The notes under the pieces: generated by a model
What the model was told of the DNA's origin: nothing
Databases searched by the model: none
What the model saw: only the letters and a program-made list of their open reading frames with translations
Source: Octopus sinensis
Taxonomy: Eukaryota
DNA: 64,000 nt
Assembly: GCF_006345805.1 (NCBI RefSeq)
Contig: NC_043010.1
Location: 18,972,001 to 19,036,000, forward strand
Reading direction: 5' to 3'
Part shown: piece after piece, positions 24,141 to 36,190 of the stretch
Layout of the letters: the number at the start of each line of letters is the position of its first letter
Position numbering within the stretch: the first letter of the stretch is position 1
Position numbers and translations under genes: made by a program

Positions 24141-25278
24141 ATGATATATATATATATGTGAGTGTGTGTGTGTGTATATATATATATATGTATGTGTGTA
24201 TATACACATACATACATACATACATATATATATGTGTGTGTGTGTGTGTATGTGAATTACTGGTGCATTAACAATGTTATGTTTCAGTGCTCTACTGTAC
24301 AATATAGTGATAGATATTTAGATTATCCTGTATAATAGACAGACATAAATACATTGTATATTGTAGAACGGAATATATTTCTAGATATCTTAATCTATAA
24401 ATTTTCTGTTCCCAAAAGCATTTTATTTACAAAGAAGGTGTTTGAATCTCTCTAAATATAATGTTGGCAAAAAATTGTGCAACAAAAAATAATATAATTA
24501 ATAATGGTTTCCATTTTTGACACAAGGCCAGCAATTTTAAGGGACAGAATGAGTTGATTACATATCCCCTTAATTGAGTCTGAAAAGGTGAATGCTTAAG
24601 TGGGCCTTTGTAGGGTTTGAACTCGGGATGCAAAGCATTTTGTACTTCTAAGCATTTTTTGTGCAAATGGGTAAAAAATTCTAACAGCTCACCATTTTTA
24701 ATGATTTCAGATTTTGGTAGAAGGCTGACAAATTTTAGTGGGGGTGGGGTGGGATATGTTGATTAGATTGACCCCAGTGTTCCACAGGTTTTAAATTTGT
24801 TTCTTTTTAATATAAGCACAAAGTCTGACATTTTGGGTGAGTGGGGTGGAGGAAACTGGTCAAGTTCATTGACTCCAGTGCTTGACTAATGCTTATTTTC
24901 TTGACGACGGCGACGGCGACAACCACCACCACCACCACCACCACACACACACACACACAAAAAAAAGCAAAAGTTGATCTTGACAGCATTTGAAATCAGA
25001 ATGTAAAACTGAAAGAAATGCAGTGAAACAATTTGTCAAGTGTGTCAATGATTCTGCTAGTTTGCCACCTTGATGACCCCCACTGCCAATATTGTTATTA
25101 TTATTATCATTATTATTATTGGGTGAGAGAGCAGTGACATCAAAGTGACACTGGGGTAAACTATACGAAGCCCAGTATGCCCATCATGGCTACCCGTCTG
25201 ATAGTGGTACACTAGGCACATGCATCACAACCATATGTTATTATTATTATTATTGTAATTGTTATTATTATTATTATT

Positions 25279-25780
25279 GAGAGAGAGAGCAGCACATGCC
25301 ATCAGAGTGACACTGGGGTAAAATATACAAAGCCCAGTATACCCATCATGACTAACCGTCTGATAAGGGTGCACAGGCACATGCATCACAACCATATGTG
25401 CGCGACATGGTGATCTCATACCAAGATAATCAGCGCATTACCTGTTCAAAAGGTCTCTGAATTAGGGTTTTTAAGGATGTTGAACGAAATACCCATATTT
25501 CCAGAGGTGAATTATCCAAACCCCAGAGAATCCCCCTCAACACACGACTATGAAGCTCCCCCACTACTTCTGCTCGTGATCAGAGATGCACATATCATCA
25601 GCCACTAAGGGACATGCTCAACTGGTTAAGGTCAAGCAACTGACAAGCAAATCTGTGGTATTGAGCAGAATATTTTCTCTAGTCCATCTTTTATACCAAG
25701 ACAAAACAATGTACATGATAACACTTCCAATCAGTTAAGATCAAAAGCCATGAGAGCCACTGCCTGGGCATCAGGGCATT
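25279..25780. mobile_element. Family 'D' repeat embedded in (TTA)n on both sides (possibly R4/Dong-mobilised)
   Basis: Flanked by TTA repeats. Its first ~115 bp are also present at 25121-25238. Inverted copy at 17700-17968. Confidence 0.7.
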
Positions 25781-25782
25781 TA

Positions 25783-25833
<51 letters not shown>

Positions 25834-26542
25834 CTTTTTTTTTTATTATTTAGTGAGATAGCAGAACACCAGACTAGAAACATTACACAAAATGTTTTGT
25901 TTTTAATGAGTTTCAGGTAAAGAAACATGAAATGTTAAATATACCTTTAGCATGATTTAAACCCAGATCACAATGAAATTAAATACCATGAAGTAATTCA
26001 GAGTGGTGCTTCACTGACTTGGCTACGTCAAACTCAGTCTTAAATGTGTTTATTATGACATCAACATAAAAGGGGGTGAGGTGTAGTTGTTTGAATTCAC
26101 TCTAGTTTCCCTCTAACAGATCCCCAAGCACTTCAATACAAATGATGTAACCTTCCCCCTGCCCCTTTTACAACATTTACAACAGTTTCTATTCCTAAAA
26201 ATTCTTTTATTGTTGTATACTCAATCCATCCAGACATAATATGCTTGTCCTTCTTCCCCCGGAGTGCCATCCCACTGTAATTCCTTTCTAGCCTAAGTAT
26301 TACTTATAGATATCAACCTAGAGCTATTCAAACTGAATTTTTGCCATATTAAACTGTGTGGGAGGGTGATGCTTCTTACTCTTCACTAAACTATAGAAGA
26401 AAATGTCAAACTATTCTCAATTAATTACTGGTAATTTAATTTGCTGATCATGAAAGGATGAGCAGTTCATATCAGCAAGGTTTTAGGTGTAATTAGGGAC
26501 AAAGTTGAACATTTAACCTTTGTAATGGTTGTTGTTGCTGCC

Positions 26543-26775
26543 TTAACCCTTTTAATATCAACCCAGCTGAAACTGCCTCTGGCTCTGTTGTACAAATGTC
26601 TTGTTTTCATAAGTTTTGAATAAAAAAATCTTCCACCAAACCTTAGTCATAATTTATGTTCCTAACACTAACATGATGATAACTAAGTTATTTAACTAAA
26701 TTCTTTGTTATATTTAAAATTAATTGAAAGAAACACAGAGCATCTCAACAGAAATATGGTAACAAAAAGGGTTAA
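26543..26775. mobile_element. piggyBac-type MITE, copy 1
   Basis: TTAA-CCCTTT ... AAAGGG-TTAA termini. Confidence 0.85.
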
Positions 26776-26798
26776 AATATATAATGGAGAAACATTTC

Positions 26799-27028
26799 TT
26801 AACCCTTTCGATACCAACCCAGCTGAAACCACCTCTGGCTCTGTAGTACAAATGTCTTGTTTTCATAAGTTTTGAATTAAAATCTTCTATCAAACCTTAG
26901 TCACAATTTATGTTCCTAACACTAGCTTAACGATAATTAAGTTATTTTACTAAATCCTTTGTTATACTTAAAATTAATTGAAAGAAACACAGAGCATCTC
27001 AACAGAAATATGGTAAGAAAAGGGTTAA
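26799..27028. mobile_element. piggyBac-type MITE, copy 2
   Basis: TTAA-CCCTTT ... AAAGGG-TTAA termini. Same family and orientation as copy 1. Confidence 0.85.
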
Positions 27029-27068
27029 TGGTGTGTATCATAGCAGAAATAAAAGAAATATTACTAAC

Positions 27069-27781
27069 CGGTTCTTCATTCTTTTCAGTGCCACTTACTT
27101 TCATTTTGCTTTCATAGCTGTTGTTATTATTTCTAGTAACAGCACTATGACTAAAACTATTATAAGTCTTTGGCAGTTCTGGTTCCAACTGGAGGTCATT
27201 TTCTCGTTTTGTAATTTCATGAGCTCGGTCAGCTTCTGTCATTTCAAGATATGTTGGTTGGAAATGTTCTGTCAAGCAATCATTGCGTTGGTTCTGATAG
27301 TTATTCTCCTGTGAAGTCTCCCTCTCCCTCTCGAGACGAAGTAGACGAAGTTCCTGTTCTCGCTTCAGAGATTCTTCACGCTCCAATGCCAACCGTATCT
27401 CACGTTCAATTGCGCTCTCACCCTCATCAGAAGGATCTACATTGGAGTTCATGTTTTGGTTATCGTGGTAAGAACTGTCTGGCACAATATTCTTTTTGCT
27501 GGCAGTTGGTTTCCCCAAAGTGTCGTTCAGCTTCACAGACCAATGTCTTACCACTTTGTTTGACTTCTTCACGAGTGGTTTGCTTTCTTTAGTTGATTGC
27601 ACCAATCGGTTCTCCCAATTCTGTTTGATATTCCCAAGGTCAGCTATTGAACCACGGTCAACACTGTCAGTGGTTTCTTCTTCTTGAAGGATATTTTCAC
27701 TGTACAGATTTACTTTTGGTGGCAAATCATAACCTATTGAGGATTTTCGAGTTTTTATGTTGGTACCAATGTCATAGTTGT
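27069..27781 (-). CDS. Internal coding exon (713 bp; phase 1 in, phase 0 out) of a MISP/AKAP2-family-like protein
   Basis: Acceptor TTTTTCCATTTCTTGTTCTTTCAG ends at 27782. The frame is open: NYDIGTNIKTRKSSIGYDLPPKVNLY...ESAIEREIRLALEREESLKREQE...EKNEEP. Donor CCG|GTTAGT at 27068. Phase 0 matches the next exon. Confidence 0.88.
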
Positions 27782-27824
27782 CTGAAAGAACAAGAAATGG
27801 AAAAAGGAAAAATTAGCATGAAAA

Positions 27825-28178
27825 CAGAATGATTAATTAGAAAATTACTATTTTTGAATCTCACAACGAGAAATATTCACTAACAGTACTTTGGAGTAAA
27901 AATTATTTGTCAACATAACATGGCAATTCTGGTTTAGGGCAAATGTTCCTGTAATTTAGCCCCAGGAGGCATCGTCTCCAGCTGATACGATCTGTGCCCT
28001 TATATTTTCGAACAAGGAAGTGGGGGTGATAGATTCCTTTGTTTGAAAATATAAGGACACAGATCATGTCATATAGCCAGCTGGAGATGTCTCCTAGGGC
28101 TAAATTACAGCAACACTTGTCCTAAACCAGAACTGCCATGTTATATTGGTGTACAATTTTTGCTCCAGAATGATTAAT
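27825..28178. mobile_element. Palindromic non-autonomous element, copy 2, bounded by a 13-bp direct repeat
   Basis: An almost full-length hairpin from about 27889 to 28167. CAGAATGATTAAT at 27825-27837 and 28166-28178. Confidence 0.8.
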
Positions 28179-28519
28179 CTTTGAAAATATGGGTAATTAA
28201 ACCATTTTTTGAAGAGAAGTTCTTTGAATTGGTTTCCCTCTCTTACCAGTTGTCCTCTTCTTTACTAAACCATTTATATACACAAAGAAGACAAAGTTGA
28301 GCAATTTAATTTGAGTGTGTGTGCGTTTTTACTTGTTTCAGTCATTAGACTATGGCCATACTGGAGCACTGCCTGGGGAGATATTTTTTTAATGGACTCC
28401 AGTATTTATTTTTCTTTTAAAAGCTTCGTACTTATGTTATCGGTTTCTTCTGGCTGAACTGCTAAGTTACAGGGACATAAACCCCGGTTGGCAAATGGCG
28501 TCGGACAACAGACACACAC

Positions 28520-28560
<41 letters not shown>

Positions 28561-29261
28561 CGAAGAGCTTCTTTTCAGCTTCCTTAACCAAATCCACTCA
28601 CAAGGCTTTGGTCAGCCTCTGAACCCAGAACCGTGTGGTTGAGAAGCAACCTTCTTACCACACAAGCATACCTGTACCTACACACACGTAATATTTGTGT
28701 ATGTGTATGAATTAATGCGTGAATGTAGGTGTGTGTGTGTGTTTTCCCATTGTCTTGATATTGCTTACATGCTGCATAAAAAAAACCCCAAAAAACAATG
28801 CTACCCTCAAAACATGTCCAGCTAGTCAGCTGTTCATTCTCTAAAGGAGCAAGGATACTAGGACCCTTGGTGGAAGCAAGTGAAGGTCGGCAACATGAAG
28901 AATCTCTGTAAATTATGCAAGACTTATGTCAGCAAAGAGAACCATCATCATTTACCGGCCATTTTCCATGCTGGCATGGGTTGGACAGCTTGACAGGAAC
29001 TGATAAAACCAGGGCCCACATCTGGATCCATTGTTTGTTCTGGCATGGTTCCTAAGGCCGTGTGTCCTTCCTGATGCCAACCATTTTACCGACTGTATTG
29101 GATGCTTTTTACATGCCACCAGCACAGGTGCTTTTTACGTGGCACCTTCATCAGTGCTTATTATGTGGCACCAACACCAAAAATGGACATTTAAACAATA
29201 AACTGCTTCCAGAAAAGACTTTGTCCAAAGAAATGAATCTTCTCCGTTGAATACCTGTTTC

Positions 29262-29655
29262 TTTATTATCCACAAGGGGCTAAACAAGGACAGACAAAGG
29301 GATTAAGTCGATTACATCGACCCTAATGCATAACTGGTACTTAATTTATCGACCCTGAAAGGATGAAAGGCAAAGTCGACCTCGGCGGAATTTGAACTCA
29401 GAACGTAGCGGCAGACGAAATACCTATTTCTTTACTACCCTCAAGGGGCTAAACACAGAGAGGACAAACAAAGACAGACAAAGGGATTAAGTCGATTATA
29501 TCGACCCCAATGCGTAACTGGTACTTATTTAATCGACCCCGAAAGGATGAAAGGCAAAGTCGACCTCGGCGGAATTTGAACTCAGAACGTAATGGCAGAC
29601 AAAATCCCGCTCAGCATTTCGCCCGGCGTGCTAACGTTTCTCCCAGCTTGCCGCC
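29262..29655 (-). mobile_element. Tandem family 'B' SINE segments
   Basis: The GGACAGACAAAGGGATTAAGTCGATT...GAACTCAGAACGTA unit occurs twice. The same arrangement is at 48500-48905. Confidence 0.85.
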
Positions 29656-30092
29656 TTTCTCCGTTGAATACAATTTGACGGGAATTTGGCAGCAAACCGA
29701 GCAACCACTGAGTAGACATTTCTAATGATGTTGATGGTAATTCTGATGACGATGATGACAAATATTGACGACAATGATGATATAAGAAGATAATAACACA
29801 GAAAAGAGCAAATATCCTGGTTTAGTGAGAGCAAGTGTCAGTGCACCTTGCACCCACTCACATACCCACACATAACATTTGAGAGGAGGTGGGGGGTAGA
29901 AGGGGGTACGTCCACCTGACCAACCAGTTCCAGTCTTTCTATAATGTCAGGTGTATTAGTTTGTTGGTTAGAATAATTGATGCAAACTGCTAAGATGCTG
30001 AGAACTGGGATATCTGGGTTAATTAAATATGCACACACACACACACACATTCACTGACACACACACACATTCATACACACAGACATAAACAT

Positions 30093-30123
<31 letters not shown>

Positions 30124-31018
30124 TATGCACCATGGCATACAAATGCATACATGCAATAACAAACCATTTTAAGGTGAAACAAGGAGTTAAAGCTGCAAAC
30201 ATAAAGACACACACACACACACAGACAAACATATTTGCAAATGTAGAGACATGCAAACAAAATCGTGTTGATACATGTATACACACAAGCACTCAAACAC
30301 ACACACACACACACACACAACACACACACACATACACATATCTATAAGGGTCTTTCAAGTAGACAGTTACTGTACACAGTCTACTTATAACAATCCCCCC
30401 CACCACCATTCATTAGACAATAAAAGTACAGTGACCACCACCACCACCACCAGCACCACCACCACCATCAGTACCACCACCACTACCACCACCATGATAT
30501 ATTGTTCCTGATATTATTATTATATATATTCCAGGTCTGTTCCTTGTATTCATTTAATTAAGATATACATTAGTCATAGCTCCAAATAATTTGTAATTAG
30601 ATGCAGAGCTTTGTTAACGAACGAATGCATCTACTCGCAACAGTCACGTAATCTTGTTTCTCCATCTGTCATCACTCTTTTTTTCTTTTTATTCAACTTG
30701 TTGCTCATGTTTCTCGACCAAACGAACCCATCATAAAGCAGTGACAAACTCTTCAGGCTCATCACGTACAAGGCTTGCTCATGAGTGCTGGGGCATTGAC
30801 AAATGTACCCAACACACGGTCGAGGGTGGACGGTATTAGGAAGAGCATCAGGCCATGGAAACCAAGCTAAAGGTGAAGTGGAAAGCAAGTTGTGTTTCTC
30901 TGACCAATCTAGGTGGGTTGTTACTTGAAGAACTGGTTCAGATCGTGATGACCTCATTGAAAAGCTGTCAGCATGGGAAGTGGACGTGAAGTGGTGGTGG
31001 TGGTAATGATGATAATAA

Positions 31019-31250
31019 GGCAGCGAGCTGGCAGAATCGTTAGCACACCGGGTGAAATGCGTAGCTGTATTTTGTCTGCCGTTACGTTCTGAGTTCAAAT
31101 TCCGCTGCGGTCGACTTTGCCTTTCATCCTTTCGGGGTTGATTAAATAAGTACCAGTTACACACTGGGGTCGATATAATTGACTTAATCCGTTTGTCTGT
31201 CCTTGTTTGTCCCCTCTGTGTTTAGCCCCTTGTGGGCAATAAAGAAATAG
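31019..31250 (+). mobile_element. Full-length family 'B' SINE
   Basis: GGCAGCGAGCTGGCAGAATCGTTAGC...GCAATAAAGAAATAG. Confidence 0.9.
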
Positions 31251-32272
31251 GTAAAGATGATAGTCTGTATCTTTTATCTTTTACTTGTTTCTGTCATTAG
31301 ATTGTGGCCATGCTGGGGCACCACCTTGATGAATTTTTCTTAAATGAGTCGACCCCAGTAATTATCATTTTTTAAAGCCTGATAATTATTTTATTGGTCT
31401 CTTTTACCAAACCAATAAGTTACAGGGACATAAACACACCAACACTGTCAAGTGGTGGTGGGGGACAAACACAAAGACACACATACACACACACACACAC
31501 ACACATATATACGACGGGCTTCTTTCAGTTTCCATCTGCCAAATCCACTCAAAAGGCTTTAGTTAGCTTGAGGCTATAGTAGAAGACACTTGTTCACGGT
31601 GCCATACTGTGGGATTGAACCCAAAACCATGTAGTTTGGAAGCACACAGCTACCCCTTTGCCTACGATGATGATTGAGAGATGAGCCCATGATTTCTAGC
31701 TGCCCACTCATCACCAAGTCTAAGGGTATTCACCGAGATGGTCAGTAGCTGCGGCCACTTGGCAATGTGGTCAGTGCTGAATAACAGATAGTCCTACTCA
31801 CGCAATCATACACTCGACACATCAATGGTCTGACACTGAAACATAACTTCAATTATGCAATAATTGTTTTTAATTTCGGTATGAGGTCAGAAACTTTTAG
31901 GGGAGGGGTTCAAAGTGATTTACACTGACCCTAACACTTGACTGGCACTTGTTTCATTGACCCCTGAAAGGATGAAAGGCAAAGTCAACTTCGAGTGTAA
32001 AAGGCATGTGAAAGAAAAGCTGTTAAGCATTTTGTTTGATACAACAAAGATTCTGGCACCACACCACAATGGCCAGTCCATGTCCCTCCATAAGGAACAC
32101 AGGGATGGCTTCCAAGTTTCCCTGATGTATAGATTCCTCCCTTGATGGGACACTGGTCCTTCACATTTTTGCCAGTAGAATGGAGCGAAGTGAAATGAAG
32201 TGTTTTGCTCAAGAACACAATGCACCACCAATCTTGGGATCGAAACCACAATGTTACAATCATAAATCATGC

Positions 32273-32316
<44 letters not shown>

Positions 32317-32557
32317 TAATAATAACAATCCTTTCTACTATAGGCACAAGGTCTGAAATTTTGAGGGAGGGGTAAGTCAATTATATCAACCCCAGTGTTT
32401 CACTGGTACTTAATTAATTGACCCTGAAAGGATGAAAGGCAAAGTTGACCTTGGCAGAATTTGAACTTAGAATGTAGCAACAGGCGAAATACCATTAAGC
32501 ATTTCACCCAGCATGCTAACGATTCTGCCAGCTCACCTCCTTTGCAATAATATAATA

Positions 32558-32598
<41 letters not shown>

Positions 32599-33453
32599 TA
32601 ATAATAATAATAGCATAAGACACAAAGTTTATAATTGGGAACAGGTGTTACTGAATGAAATTGATCCCCAGTATTTTACTGATATTTTATTTTACAGACT
32701 TCAAAAAAATTATAAATTTCAAGTTGACTTTAGTGTGATTTGAACTCAAAACATAAAGACGCAGAACGGACAGTGCATGGCACTTTGTCTCAACACTTTA
32801 ATTATTCTGCCAGTCTATCCCCTTTCCAGGAAGATTAGTCTTTTAGTTTCAGCAGCATTTCAAATACCGAAGTACTTTAGAGAAGGACCTTTGCATGAAA
32901 ATGTCACCAAGATACAAGAGACAGCTCTACCATTTACTGATATTGCCAGATTTTTTTCCAGTAATGAAATGGTCAGAAGCTGGTTTTAGTGAATGAGTAA
33001 TTAATAAAATGTGTAGATATGTGGGGGGAGGGTTGGAGGATGGTAGTGGTGGTGGAGTTTATTGTGAGGAGGTCAATAGTTTTAAATGTTATTAAATGTT
33101 AGTAGGTTGGCCAAAGTCTTTATGTTGCACTGAATGTGACAAGAGATTAGTTACCAAGGGATCTGTTTTGTTGGGGGCGTGGTTGTAAAGGTTTGGTGAT
33201 GCAGGGAGCTTTCAACTTTAGTTTCAACTTTCTGGGGTCAGTCATCGACACTGATCCTAAAAAGTCGAAACTAAATGATCTTATCCATGTGTGTTTGTGC
33301 ACACACAGACAAAGTATATGTATATTTGTATATATTGTATATACGTATGTATATAAGTAAATGTATGTATGAATGTGTATGTAAATGTGTGTGTATGTGT
33401 ATGTATGCATCTATGTATCTATCTATCTTACTCTCTCATTATATATATACAAT

Positions 33454-33498
<45 letters not shown>

Positions 33499-33518
33499 AT
33501 GTGTGTGTGTGTGTGTGT

Positions 33519-33550
<32 letters not shown>

Positions 33551-35164
33551 CACATACATATATATATATCTATACTGGTGTAGTTGGGAGGGTCACTTTG
33601 CACCCATGTGGTTTCGAGTTCAGTTCCTCTGCATGGCACTTTAAAGTAACTATCTTCTATATCAACAATGGTGGTCTTTAGTGACAGTAAGAAAGGATTT
33701 CCAGACATGTAAGGAACTCACCTGGAGTACCTGTAATAAGATTTGGACTTCTGGCAATCAAGTGCTTCAAAGCCAACAAGCTTTTCCTTCTTCAGCTTTG
33801 TGTAGAGAATATTCTTCTCAATGGGGTCAAAACCTGAATTATGAACAAGGGGTTTCAAAACCACCTTCGTGGTGCATAATCCAAGCTTTGCATATTAGTT
33901 TCATGCGTCTCTATCCCATAAAGAGAAGTACAAAGAGGAGATTTATGGACATATCCCACCCATCTCTACTGTTATTGCTTGAGGTGTGACAGGTTTTGTC
34001 ATTTACTGCTATTGTACCAAACAACTGGCCAAAGCAGGTGTTATATTTTGGAGACTTTCACAGCCCAACAAAGGAGAAAGACCAGTAAAAAGAAATCCGT
34101 TGAAGGATTAGCAATGAATGCCAATTTCAAAGATTTTCTAGAACAGACTGTAATGTCAGTGATACACCCACATAATGCAAAAAGTCATTTTGACAATGTT
34201 TGCTCACACTGCAAAGCTTACAGATGTCCAGCTGAATTGAGATCTCTCTGTTTCTTTGAGAGGAAGAGATAAAACAGGACAAACAGCATTCTCTCCTCCC
34301 CCTCTTCCTTTTGGTTGCTGAGAAACCAGAGCCCCAGGATCTAATCCCATCTCACAACACTTTTGTCCAAAGCAAATGTAACATACACCAGCAGAAAAAA
34401 AGGACCCAGAGGTCAGTGTTTCTGCTAATTTCAGTAATACGCTATTATTGCACCTATGTGTAAAACTTATCATGAAGATGAGTGTAAAGTAAGGACGTTT
34501 GAAGAATGGTTTTGAGTGCTGGCTTTTATTCGGAAGAAGTCAGGAGTAAAGCTACCAGTTTTAGCAAGAGACAAAATACTTGACACATAGGCAGGTTTCA
34601 TAAGTTACAATGCAATGTAATCAAACATCAAAGAATAGATAAGAAGAGTGGCAACAACAATAACGCTTTAAGGAATTTCAAGTGTATAATGTTAGGTTAA
34701 CCACAACAATATTAAATACACAGGGAAAAAGAAAACAAATATAAACACACACACACGCACACCATCATGACTGTGAAGTTGAGCAGGCTGCAGTCCACTA
34801 TGCAACAATGTGAGTATCCGTTTATATATATATATATACTGGTGGCATGTAAAAAGCACCATCCAAACGTGATCATTGCCAGGCCTGCCTGACTGGTTCC
34901 TGTGCTGGTGGCATGTAAAAAGTACCCACTACACTCTTGGAGAGGTTGGCATTAGGAAGGGCATCCAGCTGTAGAAACATTGCTAAATCAGATTGGAGCC
35001 TGGTGCAGCTGCTGGCTCTCCAGGCCTCAGTCAAATCGTCCAACCCATGGCAGCATGGAAAACGGATGTTAAACGATGATGATAATGACAATACATACAT
35101 ACACACACACACATATACATGCACATGCACACAGTGTGTGTGTGAGGGAAATGGCTTTGGTGAT

Positions 35165-35975
35165 GATAAAAGTCTGGTATCTTGTTCAATATATGGAAAA
35201 AGAGTAGTATAAACTCTATATGCTGTAGCCAATGTAGGCTATGGACACACCAGAGATGTAGTGGAATTGCAGACAGACAAATAGAGAATGTAAGCTTTGT
35301 TGGTGATAGACACAGTAGAGCAATTCTTATTATAAACAGACGGGAAATAGAATCTCTTATAATTACCCAGATGACTCACCAGACAGAGTCGATAGCTTTT
35401 GTTACTTAGGAAACTTTTGTTATCTGTTATCATCAGCAAGTGAGGTGGCTATTCTGGATGTAGAGTAGCCAGAGTGTGTCTAAGTGGGAGAAAGTACAGG
35501 GATCTACAACTGCTGTTGGTAACAAAAGGCTTTTCCCATGGAGTAGAGGCCAGGTTGTATGATGCTTGTGTTAGAAATGCAATACTGCATGGTAGTAAGA
35601 GATAGGCCTTGAATGTAGAGGATTTAAGAAGACTGGAAACAAATGAACCCAGCATGTTCCACTGGATGTGTAATGTAAGAGTGTATGAATGACTTAGTAC
35701 AAAAATGCTGAGAGAAAAAACTGGACAAAAGGGAAACCAGACATTGTGTGCAAGATGGATGATTGCACTGGTATGGACATGCCATGCATGTGGATGAGAA
35801 CAGCTATATAAAGAAGTGCTTAATGTAGATGGGGTTTGCAGAACAAGGAGACTCTGGAAGACGTGGGATGAATTAGTGAAGACTGATCTCAGGACCTTAA
35901 GCCTCACAGAGGAAAAGACAAAGGATTGGAAGGGCAGGAGAAATGCAGTTTTTGAGAAGACCCACCTATCTTGGC
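35165..35975 (+). pseudogene. Decayed RTE-clade LINE 3' fragment (Zn finger + RT C-terminus)
   Basis: NSICCSQCRLWTHQRCSGI, DRVDSFCYLG, LLVTKGFSHGVEARLYDACVRNAILHGS, SMFHWMCNVRV, LHWYGH, WKTWDELVKTDLRTLSLTEE, with stops and frameshifts. Confidence 0.9.
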
Positions 35976-36009
35976 ACAAGTGAATCATGGATCAGCTGTG
36001 TGTGTGTGT

Positions 36010-36190
36010 ATATATAGTTGAAGTTTATAGAAAAACAAACAAAAGATGAAGACAGGTGTATGAACAACAAAACAAGTATATTAGTTTGACACTTGGGGAA
36101 AAATGAAAAAGTTTTTTAAGTTTCGAGCATACACTCTTCAACAGAAAGAAATAAAAAGAAATAAACAGGGAGAGAATGAAAAAAATGTGT
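36010..36190 (-). mobile_element. Short Penelope-like monomer with minimal hammerhead-like motif
   Basis: The minus strand reads CTTT-CTGTTGA-A-GAGT-GTAT-GCTC-GAAAC-TTA-AAAAAC at 36148-36111. Confidence 0.65.

Noticed and set aside
26937-27068. Hydrophobic C-terminal extension (VSNISF...FLTIFLLRCSVFLSINF) of the 262-aa ORF
   Set aside because: It lies past a good in-phase donor and runs into a MITE, so it is intron read-through and not evidence of a transmembrane segment.
30631-31164. 177-aa minus-strand ORF
   Set aside because: It begins in the antisense of a family-B SINE and crosses other repeat fragments. The identical 'MRNWY..RKDERQSRPRRNLNSER' start recurs at other SINE copies.
33712-33885. 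Minus-strand open stretch (…SGFDPIEKNILYTKLKKEKL…YRYS) ending at CAG|GTGAGT, considered as the missing upstream exon
   Set aside because: The donor is in phase 2 in that frame (phase 1 is needed), there is no clear acceptor, and the peptide looks more like a decayed LINE RT segment.
34030-34215. Possible LINE endonuclease remnant (YFGDFHSP…KSHFDNVCS)
   Set aside because: The motifs are too degenerate to call without a profile search.
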